Both the position numbers and the translations under genes were made by a program. From Actinomycetes bacterium (GTDB lineage: Bacteria > Actinomycetota > Acidimicrobiia > Acidimicrobiales > JABEUL01), in NCBI GenBank assembly GCA_021791915.1, contig JAJYVQ010000003.1:1-42450 (forward strand): 42,450 nt of DNA. The letters run 5' to 3'. Positions 7,962-17,927 of this stretch are shown in pieces (position 1 is the first letter of the stretch; each line of letters begins with the position of its first letter). Below the pieces are notes generated by a model that was given only the letters and a program-made list of their open reading frames with translations, did no database searches and had not been told where the DNA came from.

Positions 7962-9341
7962 ATGATTTCTTTCAGAAAACAAAACAAAACTAACACTTTA
8001 AAAATAACCAAGTGGCCCATGTGGGTTTTGGGGTTTGCTGTCATGATCGACAGTATAGATCAATATATTGTAAGAGGGACCTCAAACCAGATTTCAAGTG
8101 CATTTAAGGTTCACGACTTCCAAATCGGTATTCTATTTTCAGCTTTTATCGTTGTGAACGGTCTAGCCACAATGCCAGCAAGTTATATTGGTGATCGGTG
8201 GAATAGATCAAGGTTAATGGCAATTACGATAGCGATTTGGTCGGTTATCAGCTCTCTGGGCGGTCTGGTTCCGTTAGGAGCCTTCTGGCTTTTGGTGGCC
8301 TTGAGAGGCGCATTGGGATTTGGTCAGGCAGTCTCAGATCCGTCAGGATCTAGTTTATTAGCAGACTATTACGGAATAAAAGAGAGAGGAAGAGCGTTTG
8401 CTATTCAACAGTGTTTACTTTACGTTGGATTGGGGGTAGGATTGGGGATTGGGTCATATTTTGGAACCCACTTCGGTTCACTTGGCTGGCGATTTGCATT
8501 TTTTGTTTCGATAGCACCCGGTCTACTAATCGCATTGTTTTGTTGGAGGTTGCCAGAGCCCAAAAGAGGTACTGCAGATCGGGCACATATCGTAGAGTCT
8601 TTGGAGATGGAAGTAAATAATGAAAAGACTCCACTGTTTCCGAACGGTGTTGGTGGTTTCTTCTCTGATATGTACAAAGGATTGAAAGGTGACATAAAGA
8701 CTATTCTTAAAATACCCACTTTAAGGTATGCGTTAGTCGGAGTTTCCGCAATTCTTTTTGTGGTTACCGCAGTATCTACTTGGATGCCTACACTATACGA
8801 AAGACAGTATGGAATGTCTCAACAGTCTGCTAATTTGACATTTGCGACTATTGCAATATTGGCGGGTATTCCAGGTACGGTAATTGGCGGTTTTATGGCA
8901 GATAGATGGTTAAACAGGTTTTTAGGGGCAAGGGTGGTAATACCGGGCATATGTCTTCTTTTCAGCGGGTCGTTATTTATGATTTCATTCCTACCCTTGC
9001 CTTTTTACGCAGTCTTTTTACTTCAAATTTGCGCATTTTTCTCTGCAGCTTCGTCGGTCCCTGCACTTAGATCGGGCTTGTCTGATTCAGTTCCAGCCAA
9101 TCTGAGAGGTACAGGGTTTGGCGCTTTTAATGTAGCTTCAATCGTTTTCGGATCGGCGGCGGCTCCAATAGTGACCTCGGCGGTTGCTACTCAGTTCGGA
9201 GGTAATTTTAGAGTTGCATTTAGTTTGCTTATGCCAGTAGCTTTCGTGGGGACGTTTTTTTTGCTGAGGGCAAGAAACCACATCGAACAAGATACCGCAA
9301 AGATTTTCGAAGCCATTACCGATGCCTTGCAGTCTAATTAG
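7962..9341 (+). CDS. MFS transporter (spinster/ACS-like)
   Basis: About 12 hydrophobic segments, MFS motif A-like GDRWNRSR, LLADYYGIKERGRA, GFMADRW. Confidence 0.9.
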   Translation: MISFRKQNKTNTLKITKWPMWVLGFAVMIDSIDQYIVRGTSNQISSAFKVHDFQIGILFSAFIVVNGLATMPASYIGDRWNRSRLMAITIAIWSVISSLGGLVPLGAFWLLVALRGALGFGQAVSDPSGSSLLADYYGIKERGRAFAIQQCLLYVGLGVGLGIGSYFGTHFGSLGWRFAFFVSIAPGLLIALFCWRLPEPKRGTADRAHIVESLEMEVNNEKTPLFPNGVGGFFSDMYKGLKGDIKTILKIPTLRYALVGVSAILFVVTAVSTWMPTLYERQYGMSQQSANLTFATIAILAGIPGTVIGGFMADRWLNRFLGARVVIPGICLLFSGSLFMISFLPLPFYAVFLLQICAFFSAASSVPALRSGLSDSVPANLRGTGFGAFNVASIVFGSAAAPIVTSAVATQFGGNFRVAFSLLMPVAFVGTFFLLRARNHIEQDTAKIFEAITDALQSN

Positions 9342-9867
9342 TTTAAATTATCATATCGGATTGGTACTTTATCTATAAGTTTTGTTGGCGACCTAAAGTC
9401 GACTATCCTACATGAGGCTTTAGGTTAATTAAAAACGTAGTCTATGAATTTAAATTGCAAATTGAGTTGCTGCTTGAAGATCTTGATCAACAGTCCAGAG
9501 TGTGGATAAATTGGATCCTGTTATATTTTGCCCAAGAAACTGGTAACGCCTGTAATTTTAAAACTTGCAAAACCGGGCTCCATATCTGTAGGTTGCCGTA
9601 GAAAGTGAAGATATAGTTATAACACTAGTGCCTTGTAATATAATTTTAATTAACATTTAACAGACTAAATTGCAATTTGTTGTGACTTTATTGTAAATAA
9701 ATAAGATGGCAAAATGCTATCTTCATGTTAAAATATCCCATATGAAGGCAAATGAACAAGATATTTAAAGCTTGTTGATTGCCTTATTTTAAACTAATAA
9801 CCAAATAGAGTCAATTTTCAATATAAAATTATTATAGAGCAAAAGTAAATAGCGAGGTAGTTGGATT

Positions 9868-10125
9868 ATGTCAGATAGCCTTGAGATAAATCAATGGTTG
9901 AAGTCTGTATTAACCGCCGTATTAAAGCATCCGGCTTTAGCACTACCCGCAATTATTCAAGCAAAGCTTTTGGTACCAAATAACTGGATTAAAAAATATC
10001 CTTTTCTTCCACTACCCGATAAAAAGTGGATAAGGTTTCGAATGGAAACTGCTTACGGAGATCCGAACTATATTCCCGATCACGATGAAATTGCACAATT
10101 TTTGAGTTGGACCAAGGTAAGGTAA
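9868..10125 (+). CDS. Small conserved hypothetical protein (PFLPLPD...RFRMETAYG type)
   Basis: ATG with upstream GAGG; motif recalled from Acidimicrobiia hypothetical proteins, not searched. Confidence 0.65.
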   Translation: MSDSLEINQWLKSVLTAVLKHPALALPAIIQAKLLVPNNWIKKYPFLPLPDKKWIRFRMETAYGDPNYIPDHDEIAQFLSWTKVR

Positions 10126-10715
10126 GTTTAAAGTGGCTAAAAATGGTAGTACTTAAAGAATCGACTTTAGCCCCGCAGTTAAATTGTGTAACCTATGATG
10201 AGCCAGGGCTTGGATCTGCATTGGTATTAAATTTGACTTACGAACCGCTAGGAATTGTTGCATCTAAACGAGCCATGCTGCTTTCTTTGGCCTATAAAGT
10301 TGAAGTGTTGCATACAACTGGCAGATATTTTAGGTCGGCTTCTTTTGAAATTCCCGAACCTTCTGTAGTAAAACTTCGTTATCGGATCAAAACTCCATAT
10401 TTTTCGTCGATTGCATTAACTCGTAAGGCGGTATTCATAAGGGATAATCACAGATGTCAGTATTGCGGAGGACCAGCAGAAAGCATTGATCACGTCTTGC
10501 CGCGGTCAAAAGGTGGGAGCAATTCGTGGGATAACGTAGTTGCTGCATGTAAGAAATGTAATTTTAAGAAAAAAGATAGATTGATGCATGAAGTGGGCTA
10601 TTCTTTGGCCAAACCCCCTGTGATTCCAAGGAATAGATGGATGTTGATGGGGGAGTTGTGTCACAGACAGGATTGGGAGCCGTACTTAAAGCACTTGCTG
10701 TCGCTAAATCCATAA
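10107..10715 (+). CDS. HNH endonuclease (McrA/HNH_5-like); true start probably further downstream
   Basis: LVLNLTYEPL, VFIRDNHRCQYCG, IDHVLPRSKGG, WDNVVAACKKCNFKK. Confidence 0.9.
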   Translation: MDQGKVSLKWLKMVVLKESTLAPQLNCVTYDEPGLGSALVLNLTYEPLGIVASKRAMLLSLAYKVEVLHTTGRYFRSASFEIPEPSVVKLRYRIKTPYFSSIALTRKAVFIRDNHRCQYCGGPAESIDHVLPRSKGGSNSWDNVVAACKKCNFKKKDRLMHEVGYSLAKPPVIPRNRWMLMGELCHRQDWEPYLKHLLSLNP

Positions 10716-10786
10716 ATATACACAAAAGTCGACAATTAAGGTTAGCTACAACACTTTAAACTAACAATTAACTGTGGAGCATAAAA

Positions 10787-11530
10787 ATAACAAACTTTAA
10801 AACAGTTACGGGCGAACCTAAAGAACTCGCAGAAAGATCTGTTCCTAGCGAAAAATTTGTCAGAACTCTTGAAGTTATTAAGATCCCTGCTCCTATGCTT
10901 GTGTTAGGTTCTTCCCAGCATATAAATACTTTCAACATAGATAAAATAAAATCTTTATCGATTCAGGATTTAACAGTAGTTAAGCGGCGAAGTGGAGGAG
11001 GGGCAGTATTAGCGATACCTGATAGTTTTTTTTGGTTTAATCTTTTGATTCCCGCAGAAGATAAATTATACGAACCAAATTTGACTAAGAGTTTCGATTG
11101 GCTAGGGCAGAAACTGTATCTAACTTTAAAAAAATTGAAATTTGGAACTGTTCAGGATTTAGAATCGGATTTAAGAGTAAATAAATCCAAACTGACTCAT
11201 AACCCAGCTGGGAAGCTATGGTGTTTTATGGATTCGAATTATGGAGAAATATTTGTACAAGATAAGAAATTGGTTGGAATATCGCAGAGACGTACTAAAT
11301 ATGGATCTTGTTATTCAGTTGGAATAAATATTAAGTCGGAATTTGAAATAATGTGGTTGCTTACTCGGAGTTTGCTTACTCGGAGTTCAAATATTCAGTA
11401 CTGTCTAGAAGAACCAGTTGGACACGAAGATAGTATTGTTTTTGAGTTTGAAAATAGAATCGCTGTTTTTGAAATGTTAGATACGGACTCATTTATTCAG
11501 TTATTTCTTGAAGAGCTAGATAGAAGATAA
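10787..11530 (+). CDS. Lipoate-protein ligase A/BPL-LplA-LipB family protein; start probably upstream of the listed ATG at 10895
   Basis: VLGSSQ, VVKRRSGGGAV, WCF, KKLVGISQRR. The frame is open back to 10772, with GGAG (10776-10779) 7 nt before an ATA at 10787. Confidence 0.8.
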   Translation: MTNFKTVTGEPKELAERSVPSEKFVRTLEVIKIPAPMLVLGSSQHINTFNIDKIKSLSIQDLTVVKRRSGGGAVLAIPDSFFWFNLLIPAEDKLYEPNLTKSFDWLGQKLYLTLKKLKFGTVQDLESDLRVNKSKLTHNPAGKLWCFMDSNYGEIFVQDKKLVGISQRRTKYGSCYSVGINIKSEFEIMWLLTRSLLTRSSNIQYCLEEPVGHEDSIVFEFENRIAVFEMLDTDSFIQLFLEELDRR

Positions 11531-11906
11531 CCTTGCTTTAAAATACGTAAATATCTGTGGTATGGCTAAAACTGTCAAAAAAAGTTGAATACACTTGATC
11601 AATCTATATTTTTCATGCAATTTGTTAATTGAGTTCGGATTATGTCGAAAGGTTTGATTTAGTTGGTAAACTACCTATCAAATAAGAGCTTACTGTAACG
11701 CTATAAATTATGGCAATGAAAGTTGAATTAATACTTGAGATGAGTTAAATAGAATACTCAGCATGCCAAACTGATGAACTAAATTTATATGTGAATCACC
11801 TGTTTTAATTTGGCAAAATTGGATGCTGATGCTAACTGTAATGAAGTTGATAAGTAATAGCTATGATATCAGTTAGGGATATTAATAAGTAGACTTGTTA
11901 ATTCAT

Positions 11907-12000
11907 AAAGGCTTTAAATTACAAAGGCTTTAAATTACAAAGGCTCTAAATTACAAAGGCTCTAAATTACAAAGGCTTTAAATTACTGAGGTCTTAAATT
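11907..12000. repeat. 16-bp tandem array aaaggct[t/c]taaattac x5 plus one degenerate unit
   Basis: Read directly; units 3-4 carry the C variant. Confidence 0.97.
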
Positions 12001-12306
12001 TGGCCAATATTTTGTCTCTGGTCGGTTTTACTCGGCGTTTATCTATGCTATATTACCAAAATCTACCAACGAAACATCTTTTGTATAAAACGCAGTTGAA
12101 AAGTGATATCTCCAGGATTACAGTAGTCATCATTAACCGAAAGCACAGTCAAAACGTGCTGACCAATTTCGACAGTAGTTTCAATCGTAAACCAATTAAT
12201 TTGTTGAATTAAAAGCGACTAATTAACTTTTATAAAAATAGGCTTACAACCTGCTATATCGTTGTTAGGATATATATATAAATATATTAAAGATTGTGTA
12301 CCCATA

Positions 12307-12354
12307 ATATTTTAATTAATGGATATTTTAATTAATGGATATTTTAATTAATGG
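12307..12354. repeat. 16-bp tandem array atattttaattaatgg x3
   Basis: Read directly; ends 67 bp upstream of sufB. Confidence 0.95.
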
Positions 12355-12421
12355 GACATAAAATTAGGTATATCAAATTTGGTTGCATAATAATTAGTAA
12401 CTTAAAAATCAGGAAATTAAT

Positions 12422-13816
12422 ATGACATCAGTAGGAATAGGGCCTTATAAACTCGGTTGGAGCGACGCAGAAGACTATATATTTAAACCTAAAAAAGGTT
12501 TAAATGAGGACATAGTTAAAGAGATGTCGTTGATGAAAAAAGAGCCGGACTGGATGAGAGAGTTTCGGCTTAAAGCACTTTCGAGATTCGAGCAAAAGCC
12601 GATGATGAAGTGGTTTAGCGTTAATATGCCTAATTTAGATTTTAATGATATCTATTATTATATTAAGCCGACAGATAAGCAGGTAAACACATGGGACGAA
12701 CTACCGGATTCGGTAAAGACAACCTATGAAAAACTGGGGATACCCGAAGCGGAACGAAAATACTTGGCGGGGGTAACAGCTCAATACGAGTCCGAAGTGG
12801 TATATCATCGAAATAGGGAAGATCTTGAAAAACAAGGTGTTATTTTTTGTGATATGGACACTGCGGTTCGAGAACATTCCGACCTTGTTAGAAGGTGGTT
12901 CGGGAAAATTATTCCGCCCAATGACAACAAATTTGCTGCACTCAATTCAGCAGTTTGGTCTGGAGGTTCATTTATTTATGTTCCTGAAAACGTAACCGTA
13001 GAGTTGCCACTTCAAGCATATTTCAGGATAAATGCAGAAAATATGGGTCAATTTGAAAGGACGCTTATTATTGCCGATAAGGGTGCAACTGTACATTATG
13101 TAGAAGGCTGTTCAGCCCCAATTTATTCATCGGACTCGCTGCACTCTGCTGTTGTAGAACTGGTTGCTCTTGAAGGTTCCAGGATAACCTATACTACCAT
13201 TCAGAATTGGTCTAACAATGTGTATAATCTAGTGACTAAGAGAGCTCGAGCAGAAGCTGAAGCCAGGGTCGAGTGGATTGACGGCAATATTGGCTCAAGA
13301 CTAACTATGAAATATCCTTCAGTGTATTTGATGGGACCTAAAGCTTCGGGAGAGGTTTTGTCGGTTGCGTATGCAGGAAGTGGTCAGCATCAAGACGCAG
13401 GAGCAAAAATGTACCACTATGCCAAAGAGACATCGTCGACGATTATCTCTAAGTCAATATCAAAAGATGGTGGGAAGACAACTTACAGAGGGTTGGTTCA
13501 TGTGGAAGAAGGTTCTACGCATGCCAAGAGTTTCGTTCGTTGTGATGCACTGATACTGGATGAAATGTCAGTTTCGGAAACAAAACCGACCATGGAAGTA
13601 AATGAAAATGATGCATCGATTGGACATGAGGCTACTGTTTCAAAGATTGGTGACGACCAGCTTTTCTATCTTATGTCTCGCGGACTCAACGAACAGCAGG
13701 CGATGTCGATGATTGTAAACGGATTTATTGAACCAGTTACAAAAACTTTGCCGATGGAATATGCTGTGGAATGGAGTCGGTTAATAGAACTTCAGATGGA
13801 AGGCGCAATAGGCTAA
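12422..13816 (+). CDS. sufB: Fe-S cluster assembly protein SufB
   Basis: GVTAQYESEVVYH, NKFAALNSAVWSGGSF, GQFERTLI, YVEGCSAP, QHQDAGAK, HEATVSKI, EYAVE...MEGAIG. Confidence 0.97.
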   Translation: MTSVGIGPYKLGWSDAEDYIFKPKKGLNEDIVKEMSLMKKEPDWMREFRLKALSRFEQKPMMKWFSVNMPNLDFNDIYYYIKPTDKQVNTWDELPDSVKTTYEKLGIPEAERKYLAGVTAQYESEVVYHRNREDLEKQGVIFCDMDTAVREHSDLVRRWFGKIIPPNDNKFAALNSAVWSGGSFIYVPENVTVELPLQAYFRINAENMGQFERTLIIADKGATVHYVEGCSAPIYSSDSLHSAVVELVALEGSRITYTTIQNWSNNVYNLVTKRARAEAEARVEWIDGNIGSRLTMKYPSVYLMGPKASGEVLSVAYAGSGQHQDAGAKMYHYAKETSSTIISKSISKDGGKTTYRGLVHVEEGSTHAKSFVRCDALILDEMSVSETKPTMEVNENDASIGHEATVSKIGDDQLFYLMSRGLNEQQAMSMIVNGFIEPVTKTLPMEYAVEWSRLIELQMEGAIG

Positions 13817-14874
13817 GTTTTATCTTCGTCGGTATAGCTACCTGTCTTAGTATTTGTAGTTAACTGTTCTGGTGGTTCCACACTGTTTTGCATACCTGCT
13901 AAGTTTTCAAATTTTCTTAGGGTCGGTACAACTCTAGTGTCGTATGAACTTACTGCAGAGTTGAACATATCTACGCTCTGGTTAATAGACTTTCCGATTT
14001 TAAGAAAGTGATCGTTAAATTTAACAAGTCGGGTATGCAGCTCATTTGCTAGGGTACTTACTTGTTGGGCGTTTTTACTTAGGTCATCCTGTTTCCAACC
14101 GTAGGCTACGGCTTTTAATAGTGAAATTAAAGTTGTCGGTGTTGCCATAATGACCCGATCTTGTACGCCTTTTTCAATTAGATCGGGTTGACTGATTAGA
14201 GCTGAAGAAAATATTGCTTCACTTGGCATAAACATAACGACAAATTCTGGAGAGTTTTTAAATTGTGACCAGTAAGATTTAGATGACAGGTTGGTAATAT
14301 GGCGTTCTACTTCTTTGGCGTGCTGTTTTAAAAGTTCATTTCTTTTAGCAGTATCTGTATTCTCTAGGGCCAACAGATAAGAGTTGAGCGGACATTTTGC
14401 GTCCACAACAATTATTGAATCGTTGGGAAGATGCACAACCATATCTGGTCTTATGTTGGCATCTGAATTAGTAACTGAAACTTGATTGTCAAAATCGCAT
14501 TTTTCAACCATTCCAGCTAACTCGACAACACGCTTCAGTTGAATCTCCCCCCACTGTCCCCTAAAGCTGTTAGATGACAGTGCTGTCCGCAATTTAACGG
14601 TTTCTTGTACAAGTTCCTGCTGACTAAAGTCCATTGATCGTAACTGATTATACAGGTCGTTCATAGCTGAATTTCTGGAGCCTTCCAACATATTTATGTG
14701 ATGTTCGAGCCTTGACATAAGTTGATTTGTGGCATTATTAAAAACACTGTCTATTACCTGCAGATTATTGTCTTGATTTTCGGTTGAATCTTTAGACTTA
14801 AGTAACCACAAAGCAGCAATAATTCCGATAGCAAATCCAATTGCCATTGCCACGATAGCTATTAAAGCAGTCAC
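13813..14874 (-). CDS. rmuC: DNA recombination protein RmuC
   Basis: RGQWGEIQL, RPDMVVHLP, VDAKCPL, SPEFVVMFMP, VAYGWKQ; N-terminal membrane anchor. GTG at 14874 follows AAGGAG, so it is preferred over the TTG at 14889. Confidence 0.93.
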   Translation of the reverse strand: MTALIAIVAMAIGFAIGIIAALWLLKSKDSTENQDNNLQVIDSVFNNATNQLMSRLEHHINMLEGSRNSAMNDLYNQLRSMDFSQQELVQETVKLRTALSSNSFRGQWGEIQLKRVVELAGMVEKCDFDNQVSVTNSDANIRPDMVVHLPNDSIIVVDAKCPLNSYLLALENTDTAKRNELLKQHAKEVERHITNLSSKSYWSQFKNSPEFVVMFMPSEAIFSSALISQPDLIEKGVQDRVIMATPTTLISLLKAVAYGWKQDDLSKNAQQVSTLANELHTRLVKFNDHFLKIGKSINQSVDMFNSAVSSYDTRVVPTLRKFENLAGMQNSVEPPEQLTTNTKTGSYTDEDKT

Positions 14875-15281
14875 GCTCGCTCCTTTCAAGTGAATGTATT
14901 AAAACTGTAGTAATGTAGTCAACTATAACAGCAAAGTGCTTCAGTTTGGCGATGAACTTACAACTAATGAGACATTGTGTATTTGCACTATAAAGTAAAA
15001 CTTACCATAATGCTTAGGTCATATGTCAAAATAGAGTAGCGATCTAGTTTTTTCAATTATTTTCAAAGTTGTAGAAGAATCACAGTTGATCAATTTGCAC
15101 AACTTTCTCTGTCTAAATTAGGTTCAGTTACTACATGTTTGCGGTCTAGAATGTGTCTAGCCTATATCTGCTCGCACAGTTAGTTTTGTGTCAAATGAAA
15201 TATAATCTCTGTCACAACGAGATCACAATGCTAATAGCTAGGGTCTTTATAGAACAAATACCTAAAAACTTAAGAAAGTTT

Positions 15282-17351
15282 ATGAATCAAATGAAATTGT
15301 CCCAAATATTAAGATTGATTTTAATGTGTAAGAGGTCGCTTGGAAATTTTGGGCTAAATTGTGTATTTCTTACAATGTTACTTTCTTTGGTGTCGATAGC
15401 TACATTGGTTGTAGCTTACCCGAACGAGCCGGTTAGATTGCCAAGTAACATCGTAATGTCGAACATAGGGATGATGCCTTGCACCCTAAATACTGGAACA
15501 GTTACCGTAAACCATGATATGATGTTGAACCCAGGCTGTACCTACTATGAAAATTTCAATATAGTAACTTCCAATACCACTCTTAATTGCAGGGGTGCAA
15601 CCATAGATGGGCTTTCTCAGATTGGAGTTGGAGCAGGTATCAAGATAAGCGACAGTGCTTATTCGAATATGGCAAATGTGAAGGTTGAAAACTGCAACGT
15701 GGAAGGTTTTATGGAAGGGATCTTGTCAACCAGAATAGGTTTTGAATCCCTTGGCTATGGCAAAGAGTATGTTAACTATCTGTCTAATATTTTAATAGAA
15801 AACAATACCGTGTCTTATACCGAAGGTGCTGGAATCTATGTTGATGGATATGTGACTCACGTCACCATATCGCAGAATATGATAAAAAATTGTGGAAGCA
15901 CTGGTATTTATTTGGACTCGGGATCAAAATTCAATACTGTAACAAACAATATTATAGAACACAATGGATATTACGGTGTGTATCCAACCGGGCAGTTAGT
16001 TAATTATTCGGGAATTAGCGTTCGTTTATTTTCAACTGGCAGAGAGGGAATTGCCATAGACGGATCTTCATACAACACTATCGAGGATAATCAACTTACT
16101 GACAATTCCGCTGGTGGTGTATTTATTTATACTAATTGTGGTGAAGACGTTAACAGCGACCCTACCGCATGGTATCCACGCAGATACGGTTCTCACTACA
16201 ATGTAATTGAAGATAACGACTTTACAGATAGCAGTTCGGGAGAAACGGGAGTGTGGATCGGCTCAAGGATGAGCCAAAACTTATATTTTATGGACTGTTC
16301 CAATCCAGCTTATTATTCAAAACCGCTTATATATTATTCACTAGACCGTGCTTCATCAAACACTGTTGAAAACAATGTTTTTAATAATTTTACTTATGGA
16401 GTTAGGGTTGAGGCAAATGGAGCAAATGTGTCTAACAACATATTTAATGGAAATAGCCCAACTGAATATGCGGTCATTGTGGGAACCCCTATAAGGACAC
16501 AAGTATTGAACGAACCTGTGTCTGGATCGTATATTACAGACAACGAGTCTTATCTACCAAACGTCAGCCCTTACAGATTCCAGATAGGTCAGACGGAATC
16601 AACCTTTTATAATAACTATGACAATGACTCAGCTACTCAATGGTGTCAAGTAAGTGCAATTCCTTTCGATCCGATAATATTTTCTTATCTAATCGAGTCG
16701 GGCTCTGTTCCAGCTCCTACTACAGCTCCTCCAATTCCAATTTTGGGCGAACAGATGCCTTGTTTGGCACCCAGTTCTCCTTTGGGTCTTAAGGCAAATT
16801 ATTTGAATGGATCCATAACTTTAAGTTGGAATCCGCCAGCTGAAACTGGGAGTTCGCCGGTGACTAGTTACACTATCTTTGATGCAATGGGAGCTAAATC
16901 AGGAGTATTTGTTGTAGCAGGGTCCACCTCGTTTGCTTCTCAAACTTTTACAATAAATGGACTCAACCTGTATCAGACTTTCTGTTTTTATGTCAAAGCG
17001 GAAAATTCGGTCGGACTGTCATCACAATCAAATGAAGTTTGCGTTTTTACTTCCCTAGTAGCCACTAAATCAAAGTCAGCTACTGAATCAGAATCTGCAT
17101 TACCTGAAAAAAGTAATAAAACTGTTCAACCGGATATAAAAGAATACGGTGAACAAAATCTAAAAACTGGATCAACTTTGAAAAAGGCATCGAAAACAAT
17201 AGGTTTAAATATTCACAACCTTACTTCGGGTAGTACCAAAACGGACACTAACCGAATGCAAAAAAAACATATCTTAACTTTAATAGACACTTTTGAAGGG
17301 TTTCCTCTCGGGATTTATAGATCGTTGTTGCATATTTTTTTAGATGACTAG
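15282..17351 (+). CDS. Secreted right-handed parallel beta-helix (NosD/pectin-lyase-like) protein with a fibronectin type III domain
   Basis: Hydrophobic signal/anchor, repeated GIYxD/NxIxxN beta-helix motifs, FN3 motif ITLSWNPP...YTI...TINGL...FYVKAENSVG. Start uncertain; the ORF is open from 15153. Confidence 0.78.
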   Translation: MNQMKLSQILRLILMCKRSLGNFGLNCVFLTMLLSLVSIATLVVAYPNEPVRLPSNIVMSNIGMMPCTLNTGTVTVNHDMMLNPGCTYYENFNIVTSNTTLNCRGATIDGLSQIGVGAGIKISDSAYSNMANVKVENCNVEGFMEGILSTRIGFESLGYGKEYVNYLSNILIENNTVSYTEGAGIYVDGYVTHVTISQNMIKNCGSTGIYLDSGSKFNTVTNNIIEHNGYYGVYPTGQLVNYSGISVRLFSTGREGIAIDGSSYNTIEDNQLTDNSAGGVFIYTNCGEDVNSDPTAWYPRRYGSHYNVIEDNDFTDSSSGETGVWIGSRMSQNLYFMDCSNPAYYSKPLIYYSLDRASSNTVENNVFNNFTYGVRVEANGANVSNNIFNGNSPTEYAVIVGTPIRTQVLNEPVSGSYITDNESYLPNVSPYRFQIGQTESTFYNNYDNDSATQWCQVSAIPFDPIIFSYLIESGSVPAPTTAPPIPILGEQMPCLAPSSPLGLKANYLNGSITLSWNPPAETGSSPVTSYTIFDAMGAKSGVFVVAGSTSFASQTFTINGLNLYQTFCFYVKAENSVGLSSQSNEVCVFTSLVATKSKSATESESALPEKSNKTVQPDIKEYGEQNLKTGSTLKKASKTIGLNIHNLTSGSTKTDTNRMQKKHILTLIDTFEGFPLGIYRSLLHIFLDD

Positions 17352-17574
17352 TTATATTCATTTCGGAACTTATTTAGAGTTTTTAGACAAAGTAACATAT
17401 CTGAGGGTGAGTTTCTTCAAATTAATTAACGTATCTGTACAAATTTACTTGTAGTGTCTTTAGATTTAATACTGGCATTCAAATCAACTGAATCGGGGGA
17501 ATGTAAAATACGAACTGACCAAATTAATTACCTTCTGGCCACAAATCTTTAATGGAATTAGTTAAAATTAATTT

Positions 17575-17907
17575 ATGCCAATGAATGAAGACTGTAAGAA
17601 TTTTCAGTCGCGAACTTACAGTTCCGGTGAGGTAGCGAGATTTTGTATACTGGATCTTGCACCAGATGCACCATGGAGTTGTCCGGAAAACTGTCCGATG
17701 TATACAAAGCGTATGGCTGACATTGGATGGCAAAGGGGAACTCTAATTGAACCGAAGCTGGAAAGTCGTCCAGAACAGATTGATTCAAAAGATGCTGATG
17801 CGGTTCTAGATGCTGCCGAAGAGCTAGTTAATGAAGTTGGTCCGCAGGTTATTTCAGACTTTAACAAAAAGAAAGACAAGAGATTCGGTTTTAGAAAGAA
17901 GAAATAA
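17575..17907 (+). CDS. Conserved Cys-containing hypothetical protein
   Basis: MPMNEDCKNFQSRTY...FCILDLAPDAPWSCPENCP with four Cys; basic C-terminal tail. Confidence 0.7.
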   Translation: MPMNEDCKNFQSRTYSSGEVARFCILDLAPDAPWSCPENCPMYTKRMADIGWQRGTLIEPKLESRPEQIDSKDADAVLDAAEELVNEVGPQVISDFNKKKDKRFGFRKKK

Positions 17908-17927
17908 CCTTTACTAAATAGTAAAGG

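Noticed and set aside
12000-12212. 70-aa ORF upstream of sufB
   Set aside because: TTG start at the edge of a tandem array, no recognisable motif, no ribosome-binding site.
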